The position numbers and the translations under genes are program-made. The notes beneath the pieces are model-generated. The model was not told the DNA's origin, made no database searches, and saw nothing but the letters and a program-made list of their open reading frames with translations. A DNA stretch of 64,000 nt from Candidatus Dormiibacterota bacterium (GTDB taxonomy: Bacteria > Chloroflexota > Dormibacteria > Aeolococcales > Aeolococcaceae): positions 3,978 to 67,977 of the forward strand of contig DASZGL010000006.1 in NCBI GenBank assembly GCA_035938875.1, given 5' to 3'. Positions 53,907 to 63,231 of the stretch are shown here, piece after piece (position 1 is the stretch's first letter; each line of letters opens with the position of its first letter).

Positions 53907-56282
53907 GTGGTCGCCGCGCGGGTTCGCGCTGGTGGCGCGGTCGACACCCCCGACCGTTTCATCGTCCTGCTGCTGACGGTGGCCATGGTGGCCACCACCA
54001 CCTGGGCGGTCATGGCCGCTGACTGGGCCGACAGCACCGGGAGCGTCCTGCTCACCTCCGTCGTCGCCGTCGTCGAGGCGGCGCTGCTGGCGCGCTCCTG
54101 GGCGGGGCGTCTGGCCGCGGCCGCCGCCGCGCCGCTGCTCGGCATCCTGGTCATCGTGCCGCTGACGCTGGCGGCGATGCCCGCCGACGGCGGCGAGGGG
54201 CTGCGCAACGTCATTGCCCGCTACGCCGTGGCTCTGACCACGGGCCTCTACGACACCGGCAACTGGGGATTCCTCGTCGGCCTCTGCGCCGCCATGTGGC
54301 TGGTGGGTTTCGCCACCGGCTGGCTGGCCCTGCGTGAACGGCGTGGCGTCCTGGCGCTGCTCCCGTGCTACGTCGTTCTTGCCATCAATGTCCTCAACGC
54401 GCCGTCGCCGAGCGATGTCGCGGTGCCCCAGACACTGGCGATCGGCGTCTCGCTCCTGCTGCTCGCGCGCGTCCACCTTGGTGCCCTGGAGCAGACCTGG
54501 CGGCGGCGCCGTCTCATCGCCCTACCGGGCACTGACCGGCGCTACAGCCGCGCCGCATCGGGAGCGGCTGTGGTCCTGGTGCTGCTGGCGATCGTCGTGC
54601 CTCCGGCGACCAGCCGGGACGTGTCCGGTTTTCTCTCCCACATCTTCGGCGCCAACGGCTCGTCGGGGGCGCGCGCCGGCAACCTGGGAAGCAAATCGCC
54701 CAGCGCCAACGCCATCGGCTTCTCGTCGGTCACCCGTCCCGGCGGGGCGCTGGTCAACGACCCCCGACCGGTGCTCAGCTACACCCTGGCGAGCTCCGAC
54801 ACCGTCTACCTGCGCCAGGTCAACGACACCATATTCGACCAGGGCAACTGGTACCCCGCCGACGTCGGGGGAATACCGAACGCGGTGAACGCCGCCCCCG
54901 GCTCCATCCCCCGCGATCGCGATCCCAGCCACGGAGGGGTGGCGGCGACCTCGCTGGCGCGCCAGGTCCAGGCGCGCATCAACTTCAGCGCGTCACCCGG
55001 CGACGGCCCGCGACAAGCGGTCTTCCCCGGCGAGCCCGACCAGAGCTCAATCGCGTCGCGGGTGTTCGGGCTCGACGGCGGCGCTCTCGGCGGCGACACC
55101 GGCCCGCTGCTCACCGTCGACCACGTCGACCTGCGCAGTTTCAGCAACAACCTGGTCACCGTCGGCCTTGTCTCCACGGCAACCGAGGACCAGCTGCGCC
55201 AGGCGGGCGCCACCGCCTATCCCGACTGGGTGACGCCGCGCTATGTCGCGCTGCCCGCCGGGGGCACGGCGATCGGCTCGCGAGAGATCGCGCTGATCAA
55301 CGACCTCGCCCGCCAGTGGACCTCCGGCGCCACCAACAACTACGACCGGGCGAAGATGATCGAGGGCCACCTGCGCTCCAGCGAGTTCACCTACACGCTC
55401 ACCCCACCGCAGGTGCCCGGCGGCCAGTGGCCGATCGCCTACTTCCTGCAGACGTCGCATACCGGCTACTGCCAGTACTTCGCCTCGTCGATGGGGGCCC
55501 TGCTTCGAGCGCTGCAGATCCCCACTCGGCTGGTGTCGGGCTACGGGCCGGGGACGCAGGACGACAGCTCGAGCGGGGTCAAGTCTTTCCTCCACACGGT
55601 CACCAGCAGCGACGCCCACGTCTGGGTCGAGGCCTACTTCCCCGGCTACGGCTGGATCCCCTTCGAGCCCACCCCGTCGAGCCCCTACGGCGTCTACGAC
55701 CCCATCGCGCGGGGCGGCCAGACCGCGGTGCCGTCGACTCCCGCAGCCACCCCGCAACCGTCGAGCAGCCCGTCGCCGTCACACACACCGACCCCCGACC
55801 AGCAGAACGGCGGTGGCGGCTTCGCGGGCCAGGGACCGCCCCGGATCCTCGTCGGCTCCGTCGGTGGGTTGGTGCTGTTGTTCGTGCTCACCACGGCCGC
55901 CACACTCTGGCTCTTCCGCCCTCGCGGAGTCCGAGCCGTGTGGCGACGGGTCAACCTGCTCGGCCGTCTCTTCGGCGCGCGCCAGCGTCCCGCAGAGACC
56001 TTCGCCGCCTACGCGAAACGGCTCGCCAACGCCCTGCCGCCCGACACCACGACGGTGTTCCACCGCGACGGCTCGGCTCCGCCGGTCACCCGCCGGGTGC
56101 GCGGCCGCGCCAGCGACGCGCTGGCGCTGATCGCCGAGTACGAGGGCAAGGCCGGCTTCTCTCGCGACGGGCTCACCGACCAGGAGACGGTTCGCTGGCG
56201 GCGCGCCTGGCGGCGGATCTGCCGCGCCGTGCCGCTGCTGCTCTGGCGCCGGCTGCTCAGCCGGACGGCGCGCCCGACGTAG
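53907..56282 (+). CDS. Polytopic membrane transglutaminase (TgpA-like, DUF3488 + transglutaminase core)
   Basis: About 6 N-terminal TMs. Core 'GYCQYFASSMGALLRALQIPTRLVSGY', 'DAHVWVEAYFPGYGWIPFEPT'. One further TM after a Pro/Ser linker. Confidence 0.85.
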   Translation: MVAARVRAGGAVDTPDRFIVLLLTVAMVATTTWAVMAADWADSTGSVLLTSVVAVVEAALLARSWAGRLAAAAAAPLLGILVIVPLTLAAMPADGGEGLRNVIARYAVALTTGLYDTGNWGFLVGLCAAMWLVGFATGWLALRERRGVLALLPCYVVLAINVLNAPSPSDVAVPQTLAIGVSLLLLARVHLGALEQTWRRRRLIALPGTDRRYSRAASGAAVVLVLLAIVVPPATSRDVSGFLSHIFGANGSSGARAGNLGSKSPSANAIGFSSVTRPGGALVNDPRPVLSYTLASSDTVYLRQVNDTIFDQGNWYPADVGGIPNAVNAAPGSIPRDRDPSHGGVAATSLARQVQARINFSASPGDGPRQAVFPGEPDQSSIASRVFGLDGGALGGDTGPLLTVDHVDLRSFSNNLVTVGLVSTATEDQLRQAGATAYPDWVTPRYVALPAGGTAIGSREIALINDLARQWTSGATNNYDRAKMIEGHLRSSEFTYTLTPPQVPGGQWPIAYFLQTSHTGYCQYFASSMGALLRALQIPTRLVSGYGPGTQDDSSSGVKSFLHTVTSSDAHVWVEAYFPGYGWIPFEPTPSSPYGVYDPIARGGQTAVPSTPAATPQPSSSPSPSHTPTPDQQNGGGGFAGQGPPRILVGSVGGLVLLFVLTTAATLWLFRPRGVRAVWRRVNLLGRLFGARQRPAETFAAYAKRLANALPPDTTTVFHRDGSAPPVTRRVRGRASDALALIAEYEGKAGFSRDGLTDQETVRWRRAWRRICRAVPLLLWRRLLSRTARPT

Positions 56283-57045
56283 CCCTGGCCATCGCCTCCG
56301 GCGGCTGGGGTGGGGCCGTGCCCGGAGGGTTGACGTCGAGGCTCAGCAGGTCGTGGGCTATCAGCGCGCCGTCGAGGCTGCGACGTTCGCTGAGGTGGCT
56401 GAGCAGGAACGTGGTGCTCGGGTGCTCGTCGATCAGCGTCTCGATTTCGCCCCGCCACAGGTGGGAACCCACCGGTGCGTCGAAGTCGGTGCATTCGCAG
56501 ACCATCAGCTGCGACGCCGCCGCGGTGCGGCGGAGTCCGGCGCACAGGGTGCTGTCACCGCTGAAGCCGACGGTGGCGCCGTCAGGTCCGGTGATCGCAT
56601 AGCTCAAAGATGGCCCGGTGCTGTGCACCACGGCGTTGGCGCGAACTCGGTGGTCGCCGATGCTGACATCGCTGCCGTCCTGGAGGATGGTGGTCTGAAG
56701 CCCGAGGTTGTGGATCACGAGATCGTGCAAGAGCTGGCCGTAACCTGTGCGCAGCACGCGCAGGACGTATTCGCGAGTCCCTGGCGGCCCGGCCAGCTGC
56801 AGCGGTCGCGGCGTCCTGTCACCCAGTCCGCGACCGCCGAGGAACAACGGCAGCATGAAGGTGTGGTCGGCGTGAAAGTGCGTGAGCAGCACCACGTCGA
56901 TGTCTTGGACGTTGATCCCCGCCCTGGGCAGCAGCAGGTGGGCAGGCGATCCGCAGTCGATGAGGATGCGGCCGTCGAGGCAGTAACAGGCGTTGCCGCC
57001 CACGGTGCTCCACGCAGATCCGCTGCCAAGCACGGTAAGCCTCAC
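56257..57045 (-). CDS. MBL-fold metallo-hydrolase (RNase Z / PhnP-like size)
   Basis: 'VRLTVLGSGSAWS', 'ILIDCG', 'VVLLTHFHADHTFMLP'. GTG 57045; the upstream 900 nt of track ORF 56257..57945 is antisense to selD. The 3' end overlaps the TgpA-like gene by 26 nt (convergent). Confidence 0.8.
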   Translation of the reverse strand: MRLTVLGSGSAWSTVGGNACYCLDGRILIDCGSPAHLLLPRAGINVQDIDVVLLTHFHADHTFMLPLFLGGRGLGDRTPRPLQLAGPPGTREYVLRVLRTGYGQLLHDLVIHNLGLQTTILQDGSDVSIGDHRVRANAVVHSTGPSLSYAITGPDGATVGFSGDSTLCAGLRRTAAASQLMVCECTDFDAPVGSHLWRGEIETLIDEHPSTTFLLSHLSERRSLDGALIAHDLLSLDVNPPGTAPPQPPEAMARATSGAPSG

Positions 57046-57102
57046 AGTGACCCAGGGTAGCCGCGAACACGGTGCCGCGTCAGCGCCGTGTACGCTGCGG
57101 CG

Positions 57103-58155
57103 ATGATCGATGAGCGGGTGCGCCTCACCGCGTACGCCACCGGCGGCGGCTGTGCCACCAAGATCCCGCAGGCGGAGCTCGCCGGCATTCTCAGCGGGCT
57201 GCCACTCAACGTCGATGACCCTGCGCTGCTCGTCGGTGCGGCGAGCGCCGACGATGCCGCCGTCTATCGCCTCAGCGACGACCTCGCCCTGGTGGTCACC
57301 ACCGACTTCTTCGCTCCCGTCGTCGACGACCCTGACGACTACGGCGCCATCGCCGCCGCCAACGCACTCAGCGACGTCTACGCCATGGGCGGCACGCCGC
57401 TGCTGGCGCTGAACATCGTCGCCTGGCCGGGAGAGGACGTGCTCCCCGCGGCGGTGCTCGCCCAGGTTCTCGCCGCCGGTGAGGCGAAGGTCCGCGAGGC
57501 GGGAGCGGTGCTCGCCGGCGGGCACTCGGTGCGCGACGCCGAACCGAAGTACGGCCTCGCGGTGGTCGGCACGGTCCATCCTCAGCGGGTCACCAGCAAC
57601 GCTGCTGGGTGCGCCGACGACGTGCTGGTGCTGACCAAGCGTCTGGGCACGGGAGTGGTGAGCAACGCCACCAAGCTCGGTGAGGCGCCGGACGAGGTCA
57701 GTCGCGCCGCGGTGGCGAGCATGCGCCTGCTCAACCGCGACGCCGCGGCGGCTGCAGCTGCTGTCGGAGTGCGCTGCGTCACCGACGTCACCGGCTTTGG
57801 CCTGCTCGGCCATGCCCGCAACATCGCGGTGGGCAGCGGCTGTGGCGTCGAGGTCGATGCCTCCGCACTCCCCGCCCTGCCCGGGGTGGCCGAGCTGGTC
57901 GCTGCCGGGCTGGTCCCGGGCGGCAGCCGGCGCAACCTTGCCCATGCCGAGACCTGGACGCTGTGGGACGCGGCGGCGACGCCGCTGCAGCGCACCCTGG
58001 CCACCGACGCTCAGACGTCCGGCGGGCTGCTCATCGCCGTGTCCGCAGATCGCGCCGACCAGCTCTGTGCTCTGATCGAAGCGGGCGGGGGTCTCGCCGC
58101 GCGTGTCGGCCGGCTGTTCGCCGCGCCCGCGGGCACGGTTCGGGTGCGCGCCTAG
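57103..58155 (+). CDS. selD: Selenide, water dikinase (selenophosphate synthetase), Cys-type
   Basis: 'RLTAYATGGGCATKIP' (the Cys and Lys align with the E. coli GAGCGCK positions as I recall them), 'VVTTDFFAPVVDDPDDYGAIAAANALSDVYAMGG', 'GGHS'. ATG 57103 preferred over GTG 57088. Confidence 0.92.
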   Translation: MIDERVRLTAYATGGGCATKIPQAELAGILSGLPLNVDDPALLVGAASADDAAVYRLSDDLALVVTTDFFAPVVDDPDDYGAIAAANALSDVYAMGGTPLLALNIVAWPGEDVLPAAVLAQVLAAGEAKVREAGAVLAGGHSVRDAEPKYGLAVVGTVHPQRVTSNAAGCADDVLVLTKRLGTGVVSNATKLGEAPDEVSRAAVASMRLLNRDAAAAAAAVGVRCVTDVTGFGLLGHARNIAVGSGCGVEVDASALPALPGVAELVAAGLVPGGSRRNLAHAETWTLWDAAATPLQRTLATDAQTSGGLLIAVSADRADQLCALIEAGGGLAARVGRLFAAPAGTVRVRA

Positions 58156-58176
58156 CCGGGCGAGGCGCGGCTCCGC

Positions 58177-58455
58177 CTAGGCGGCATCGCTGATCGCCAG
58201 GTCGACGATGCCCTGACCGCCGCGGCCGACCAGTCTCGGCTCGCTGACCTCCACGGTGGCCAGCGGCGCCGAGAACTCATCGCCGCAGCCAAGACAGCGG
58301 GCGATGAGGAGGCCGCCGTGTTCGCTGAGGGCGCGACCCTGGCCCGAGCAGCGCGGGCATCCAACGAGGCGAAGGAAGCCGGTGGTCGCGTGGGCGCGCC
58401 CACCGACCTCGACCGTTGGAGCCTTCTGTGGCACAAACACTCGCATCGCAGGCAT
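58177..58455 (-). CDS. Small zinc-ribbon-like hypothetical protein (CxxC...CxxC)
   Basis: 'GCPRCSGQG...ARCLGCGDEF'. No family recognised. Confidence 0.35.
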   Translation of the reverse strand: MPAMRVFVPQKAPTVEVGGRAHATTGFLRLVGCPRCSGQGRALSEHGGLLIARCLGCGDEFSAPLATVEVSEPRLVGRGGQGIVDLAISDAA

Positions 58456-58581
58456 GGCGTGGTCCTCGGCAGTTCGGGAGTGGGGGATGCTGTCACTCTG
58501 CCGCAGAGTCGCCGCGCCGGCCAGGGACGCGATGAACCATATCCGTGGCGGGCAGTTTGTGCGGCGCGCCGCAGAGCGCGG

Positions 58582-59706
58582 TTACGGCGCGGCTGGGGAG
58601 CGGGGGAACCGCGAGGCGTCGAATGCCTCCCAGCCCCGAGGTACAGCGTCGTCGAGCGCCATCGAGGCGACGCCGGCCGCGGTGGCTGGGGCGAGCAGCA
58701 CCCCGTTGCGGTAATGGCCTGTGGCGACCAGAACTCGCGGTCCGGAGCCCACGTCGAGGCTGCCGAGCAGGGGCAGTCCGTCGGGCGTCGCCGGTCGCAG
58801 CCCGGTCCACACCGTGGGGGTGGCGACGGCGCCCGGGTCACGCAGGAGACGGCGCGCCACCCCGGTCAGCGACTCGGTCACCGCGTCCCTGACCGCGGTG
58901 TCGAAGCCGGTGTCGTCCTCAGAGGCACCGACGATGACCTCGCCGTCACGTCGGGTCAGCGCGTAGCCGCACGCGCCCGCGTAGAGCACGTGCTCCGGTG
59001 GATGAGCCACACCGCGGATGCCGATGAGCTGGCCGAGCACGGGGCGAATCGCCGCAGGTGAGATGCCCAATGCGGCGAGCACCCCACCCGTCCATGGCCC
59101 GGCGCACAGCGCCACGGTCGCGGCGCTGACCACGGCCCCGTCGCCCAGCCGGACACCGGCGCCGTCCACGGCGACGACGGCTGCGCCGCAGCGCAGCGCG
59201 ACGCCGTGTTGCGCTGCCGCAGCCACGATGGCCGCGACGGCGCGGGCGCTGTTGACCTGCCCCTCGCTCGCGTACCAGGCGGCGCCTGCGGTTGTCGACA
59301 GCGCCGGCTCGAACGACGTCAGCGCATCGGCGTCGACCCACTGCACGGCGACTCCGGCGTCTCGCTGCCAGGCGATTCGCTGCTGTACCACCGCGGCGTC
59401 GGCCTCGTCGAGAGCGACGCGGAGCACGCCGTCGATGACCAGCTCGCAGTCGACACCGCTCTCCTCGGTGACGCGCGCGGCGAAACCCGGCCACCGTGCC
59501 AGGCTGTCAAGCCCGAGAGTAAGGAACGGCCCCGGCTCGGCCGTCTCGCTGCACGGTGCGAGCATGCCGGCGGCCATCCCCGAGGCGCCCGAGCCCGGTG
59601 TTTGTCGCTCGAGCAGGACCACGCGCGCGCCACGCACGGCGCACTCGAAGGCGACCGACGACCCGATGATCCCCGCGCCGACGACGGCGACGTCGAACGA
59701 TTCCAT
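58582..59706 (-). CDS. thiO: Glycine oxidase ThiO-like FAD-dependent oxidoreductase (DAO family)
   Basis: 'FDVAVVGAGIIGSSVAFECAVRGARVVLLER', C-terminal 'ATGHYRNGVLLAP'. Start ATG 59706. Confidence 0.78.
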   Translation of the reverse strand: MESFDVAVVGAGIIGSSVAFECAVRGARVVLLERQTPGSGASGMAAGMLAPCSETAEPGPFLTLGLDSLARWPGFAARVTEESGVDCELVIDGVLRVALDEADAAVVQQRIAWQRDAGVAVQWVDADALTSFEPALSTTAGAAWYASEGQVNSARAVAAIVAAAAQHGVALRCGAAVVAVDGAGVRLGDGAVVSAATVALCAGPWTGGVLAALGISPAAIRPVLGQLIGIRGVAHPPEHVLYAGACGYALTRRDGEVIVGASEDDTGFDTAVRDAVTESLTGVARRLLRDPGAVATPTVWTGLRPATPDGLPLLGSLDVGSGPRVLVATGHYRNGVLLAPATAAGVASMALDDAVPRGWEAFDASRFPRSPAAP

Positions 59707-59740
59707 GCCGGCCAGCCTAGTTGCACTGGCCGGGGCGGGA

Positions 59741-61078
59741 TCAGGCCTCGGTGGGGATGGTGAGGTTGAAGGTGTTGCCCCGTGCGCGCCTGTTGTCGAT
59801 CCAGATGCGACCGCCCATGCGCTCGACCAGCTGTCGCGCCAGGTAAAGGCCAACTCCGGCGCCGCCGCGCTGCCGGGTCAGCGGCGACTCCAGCTGATAG
59901 AAGGAGGCGAAGACGCGCTCCACTTTGTCGTCGGGGATGCGCCGGCCATTGTCCTGCACCTCGATGCGCACGTCGCAGTCGTGACGCGTCGCGGTGATGC
60001 GCACCAGCTCGGTCTCGGGAGAGAACTTCAGCGCGTTGTCGACGAGGCAGGCGAGTACCAGGCAGAGCCGCTCGTGGTCGGCGAGCACCACCTGGGCATC
60101 GGCGGCGACGGCGAACTCGAAGCGATGACGGTCGGCGCTCTCGACGAAGCGCGACACCACCTGCTCGAGCACGGAGCGCAGGTCGACGGGACCGGTCTTG
60201 AGGCGGATCTCGCCGGCCTCGAGCTGGGCGATGCAGAGAAGGTTGTCGGTGAGCCGGGCCAGGTGCTCGGACTCGCTGCGCAGCACCTCGATGCCCTCCC
60301 TCTGGGCGCTGGGTGGCAGACGGTCGCCGGCGTCCTGCATCAGCGCGAGCCAGCCCTTGATCTTGGCCAGCGGGGTGCGCAGCTCGTGCGAGGCCAGCAT
60401 GATGAACTCCGCCTTGAGCCGGTCGACCTCGCGAAGCTCGAAGAAGGCGGCGTGCTCGAGCTGGAAGGTGTGGGTCAGCTGCCGGGCGCGGGTGTTGATC
60501 AGCTCCCGGCTCAGCAGGCCGCTGGTCAGCGCGATGAGCAGGTAGAGGAAGAGGCGCGAAACGTAGAGGTTGAGCGCCGCGTGGTCGAGGTTGCCATTGA
60601 CCGCGTAGCCGACGAGCAGGTCGAGGACGCCGACGGCGCCGGCGCACAGCAGGCTGCCGCGCAGCCCGTAGCGCAGGCTGCTGGCGACCACGATGGCGTA
60701 GAAGGTCAGCCCGAAGGCCGAGTGGAGTCCGCCGGTCAGATAGACCAGTGCGGTGGCCACGGAGATGTCGAGGGCGGTCATCGCCCAGCGGGTTTGGCGT
60801 CCCGGCACATGGCGAGCGATGAGGCTCAGGGTGACGGCGAGGTTGAAGAAGGCCCAGCCGCTGAGCAGGACGTTGACGCTCTGCACATTGGCCGTCGGCG
60901 TCGGGAAGTTGGCGGCGACCGCGGCGAAGATGAGGATCAGCCAGCGGCCGAGCTCGATGATCCTCTCGGTCCCAGCGCGGCGATCGCGCTCGACGGCGTT
61001 GGGCAGATCAGGAACCGCGGCTCGCAGCGAGCCTTCGATGCGGACTGGTGCCTCGGGCACACGGACAGCCGCGAGCAA
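59741..61078 (-). CDS. Membrane sensor histidine kinase (5-6 TM sensor, HisKA + HATPase_c)
   Basis: H-box 'LASHELRTPLAKIKGW', N-box 'LVDNALKFS', G-boxes 'VQDNGRRIP', 'GGAGVGLYLARQLV'. No adjacent response regulator. Confidence 0.9.
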   Translation of the reverse strand: MLAAVRVPEAPVRIEGSLRAAVPDLPNAVERDRRAGTERIIELGRWLILIFAAVAANFPTPTANVQSVNVLLSGWAFFNLAVTLSLIARHVPGRQTRWAMTALDISVATALVYLTGGLHSAFGLTFYAIVVASSLRYGLRGSLLCAGAVGVLDLLVGYAVNGNLDHAALNLYVSRLFLYLLIALTSGLLSRELINTRARQLTHTFQLEHAAFFELREVDRLKAEFIMLASHELRTPLAKIKGWLALMQDAGDRLPPSAQREGIEVLRSESEHLARLTDNLLCIAQLEAGEIRLKTGPVDLRSVLEQVVSRFVESADRHRFEFAVAADAQVVLADHERLCLVLACLVDNALKFSPETELVRITATRHDCDVRIEVQDNGRRIPDDKVERVFASFYQLESPLTRQRGGAGVGLYLARQLVERMGGRIWIDNRRARGNTFNLTIPTEA

Positions 61079-61239
61079 ACGCGCAACCTCCCAGAGATGG
61101 GCTTGCCGCAGTTATACGTCCGTGCGCCGCGGCGCCCGACGACGCGCCTGCAACGGAGGGGTGACTTCGTGGTTCAGCGTGCGACGGGATGGTGCGCTTC
61201 GGGGCGGTGACCGCCGGGGCCATCCCTATACTCGGGCCA

Positions 61240-63231
61240 ATGCCACGTGCCCTGACCCTCGGCAACGGCAGACTGCTCGTCAACCTCGATGACGCCTGGC
61301 GGCTGCGCGACATCTACTACCCGTCAGTGGGCGCCGAGCACCACGCCGGTGGGCCCTGCCGATTGGGATTCTGGGTGGATGGCGCGTTTGCCTGGAGCGA
61401 CGACCTGCAGCGCACCGTCGCCTACGAGGGCGACACGCTGGTGACCAGTCTGCGCGGCGAATCGCCGTCGCTGGCGCTCGCCGTGCACGTGCGCGATGCC
61501 GTCGACTTCGAGTGCGACATCTTCGTCCGCGAGATCGAGCTGCAGGACCTCAGCGGGCGCGATCGCGAGGTGCGCGTCTTCCTCCACCACGACCTCAACA
61601 TCAGCGGCACCGACGTCGGTGACACCGCGTTCTACGAACCTGAGTTGCGCGCCGTGCTGCACTACAAGGGCAGCCGCTACTTCCTGGTCAACGGCCGCGT
61701 CGGCAGTGACGCGGGGGTGCACATGTTCACTGCGGGCCGGGCGTCGTTCCAGGGATTCGCTGGGTCGTGGGCGGACGCCGAGGACGGCGAGCTGAGCGGA
61801 CACGCCATCGAACAGGGCGCTGTCGACTCCTGTGTCGGTTTCGTCGTTCCCGTACCTGCGCACGGGATCGCAACCATGCACGCCTGGCTCTGCGTCGCCA
61901 CCGCATATCGCCAGGTGGTGGAGCTCGATCGCGTGGTTCGGAATGCCGGCGCGCAGAAGCTCATCGACCGCACCCGCCGCTACTGGCGGTCGTGGGTGGC
62001 CCCCGCCGCAGCCCTCGTCGAGGAGTTGCCGGAGGAGCTGCAGCACCTGTACGCGCGGAGCCTGCTCATCGCCCGCAGCCTGTGCGACGACGGCGGCGGA
62101 GTCATCGCCTCCACCGACCGGGACATCCTCGAGCACGCGCGCGACACCTACTGCTATGTCTGGCCGCGCGACGGCGCCCTGGTCACCGACGCCCTGGACA
62201 GGGCCGGGTTCTCCCGGCCGATGCGTGGTTTCCTGCACTTCTGTGCCAACCGGTTCGGTGGCGGTCGCGGATACCTGCTGCACAAGTTCCTTCCCGACGG
62301 GGCCCTGGGCTCGTCGTGGCACCCCTGGTTCGGCGAGGGCGGTCTCCAGATTCCCATCCAGCAGGACGAGACCGCGCTCGTCGTCTGGGCGCTCGGCGAG
62401 CACCATCTCCGCTCTCAGGACCGGGAGTTCGTCAAGCCGCTCTACCGGCGGGTCGTCGAGGTCGCCGGCGACTTCATGGCCACCTGGCGCGACCCAGGGA
62501 CCGGGCTGCCGCACCCCAGCTGGGACCTGTGGGAGGAGCGCCGCGGGGTCCACGCCTTCACCATCGGCGCGGTGCACGGCGGGCTGGCAGCGGCGGCCAG
62601 GCTCGCCGAGGAGTTCGGCGAGACGGACAAGGCGACCCACTACCTCGCCGCGGCCGACGGCATCCGCCGCGGCGCCGACGAGCACCTGTGGGACGAAGGG
62701 GCCGGCCGCTTCGCCCGGCAGCTGGTGCCGTGCGGGCACGAGTCCGGCTACCAGCGCGACCTGACCGTCGACGCCAGCCTCTACGGACTCTTTGCCTTCG
62801 GCATGTATGCGCCCGACGATCCCCGCGTGGCCGCCACTATGCAGGCGGTCCGTGACCACCTCTGGGTACGCGGCGGTGTCGGTGGCGTCGCCCGCTATCA
62901 GCACGACTACTACCAGTGCGTCGAGCTGTCCGACGAGATCCCCGGCAATCCGTGGATCATCTGCACGCTCTGGGTGGCCGACTGGCTGGCGCAGACAGCG
63001 CGCAGCCCCGCCGAGCTGGACAGCAGCGTCCTGCCGCTGCTCGAGTGGGTGGCGCGCCACGCATCGGCCGCGGGCGTGCTTCCCGAGCAGGTGCATCCCT
63101 TCCACGGAACTCCGCTCTCGGTGGCGCCGCTCAGCTGGAGCCACGCCGCCTTCGTCTCCTCGTGCCTGAACTACACGCAAGCGCGTGCGGCACTGCAGCG
63201 AGGCGATCGCGTGCCGGCACGATCGGCCTGA
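61240..63231 (+). CDS. Glycoside hydrolase family 15 (glucoamylase/trehalase-like), N-domain + (alpha/alpha)6 barrel
   Basis: 'ALTLGNGRLLVNLD', 'YCYVWPRDGALV', 'HPSWDLWEERRGVHAFT', 'GVARYQHDYY', 'NPWIICTLW', 'PEQV'. Confidence 0.88.
   Translation: MPRALTLGNGRLLVNLDDAWRLRDIYYPSVGAEHHAGGPCRLGFWVDGAFAWSDDLQRTVAYEGDTLVTSLRGESPSLALAVHVRDAVDFECDIFVREIELQDLSGRDREVRVFLHHDLNISGTDVGDTAFYEPELRAVLHYKGSRYFLVNGRVGSDAGVHMFTAGRASFQGFAGSWADAEDGELSGHAIEQGAVDSCVGFVVPVPAHGIATMHAWLCVATAYRQVVELDRVVRNAGAQKLIDRTRRYWRSWVAPAAALVEELPEELQHLYARSLLIARSLCDDGGGVIASTDRDILEHARDTYCYVWPRDGALVTDALDRAGFSRPMRGFLHFCANRFGGGRGYLLHKFLPDGALGSSWHPWFGEGGLQIPIQQDETALVVWALGEHHLRSQDREFVKPLYRRVVEVAGDFMATWRDPGTGLPHPSWDLWEERRGVHAFTIGAVHGGLAAAARLAEEFGETDKATHYLAAADGIRRGADEHLWDEGAGRFARQLVPCGHESGYQRDLTVDASLYGLFAFGMYAPDDPRVAATMQAVRDHLWVRGGVGGVARYQHDYYQCVELSDEIPGNPWIICTLWVADWLAQTARSPAELDSSVLPLLEWVARHASAAGVLPEQVHPFHGTPLSVAPLSWSHAAFVSSCLNYTQARAALQRGDRVPARSA

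Noticed and set aside
57046-57945. Upstream 900 nt of track ORF 56257..57945 (562 aa)
   Set aside because: Only the last 262 codons (from GTG 57045, 'VRLTVLGSGS...HFHADH') look like an MBL protein. The rest is antisense to selD.
57088-58155. In-frame TGA (selenocysteine) candidates near selD
   Set aside because: No adjacent ORF pairs in the same frame look like one family split by TGA. All recognised genes have plausible full lengths.
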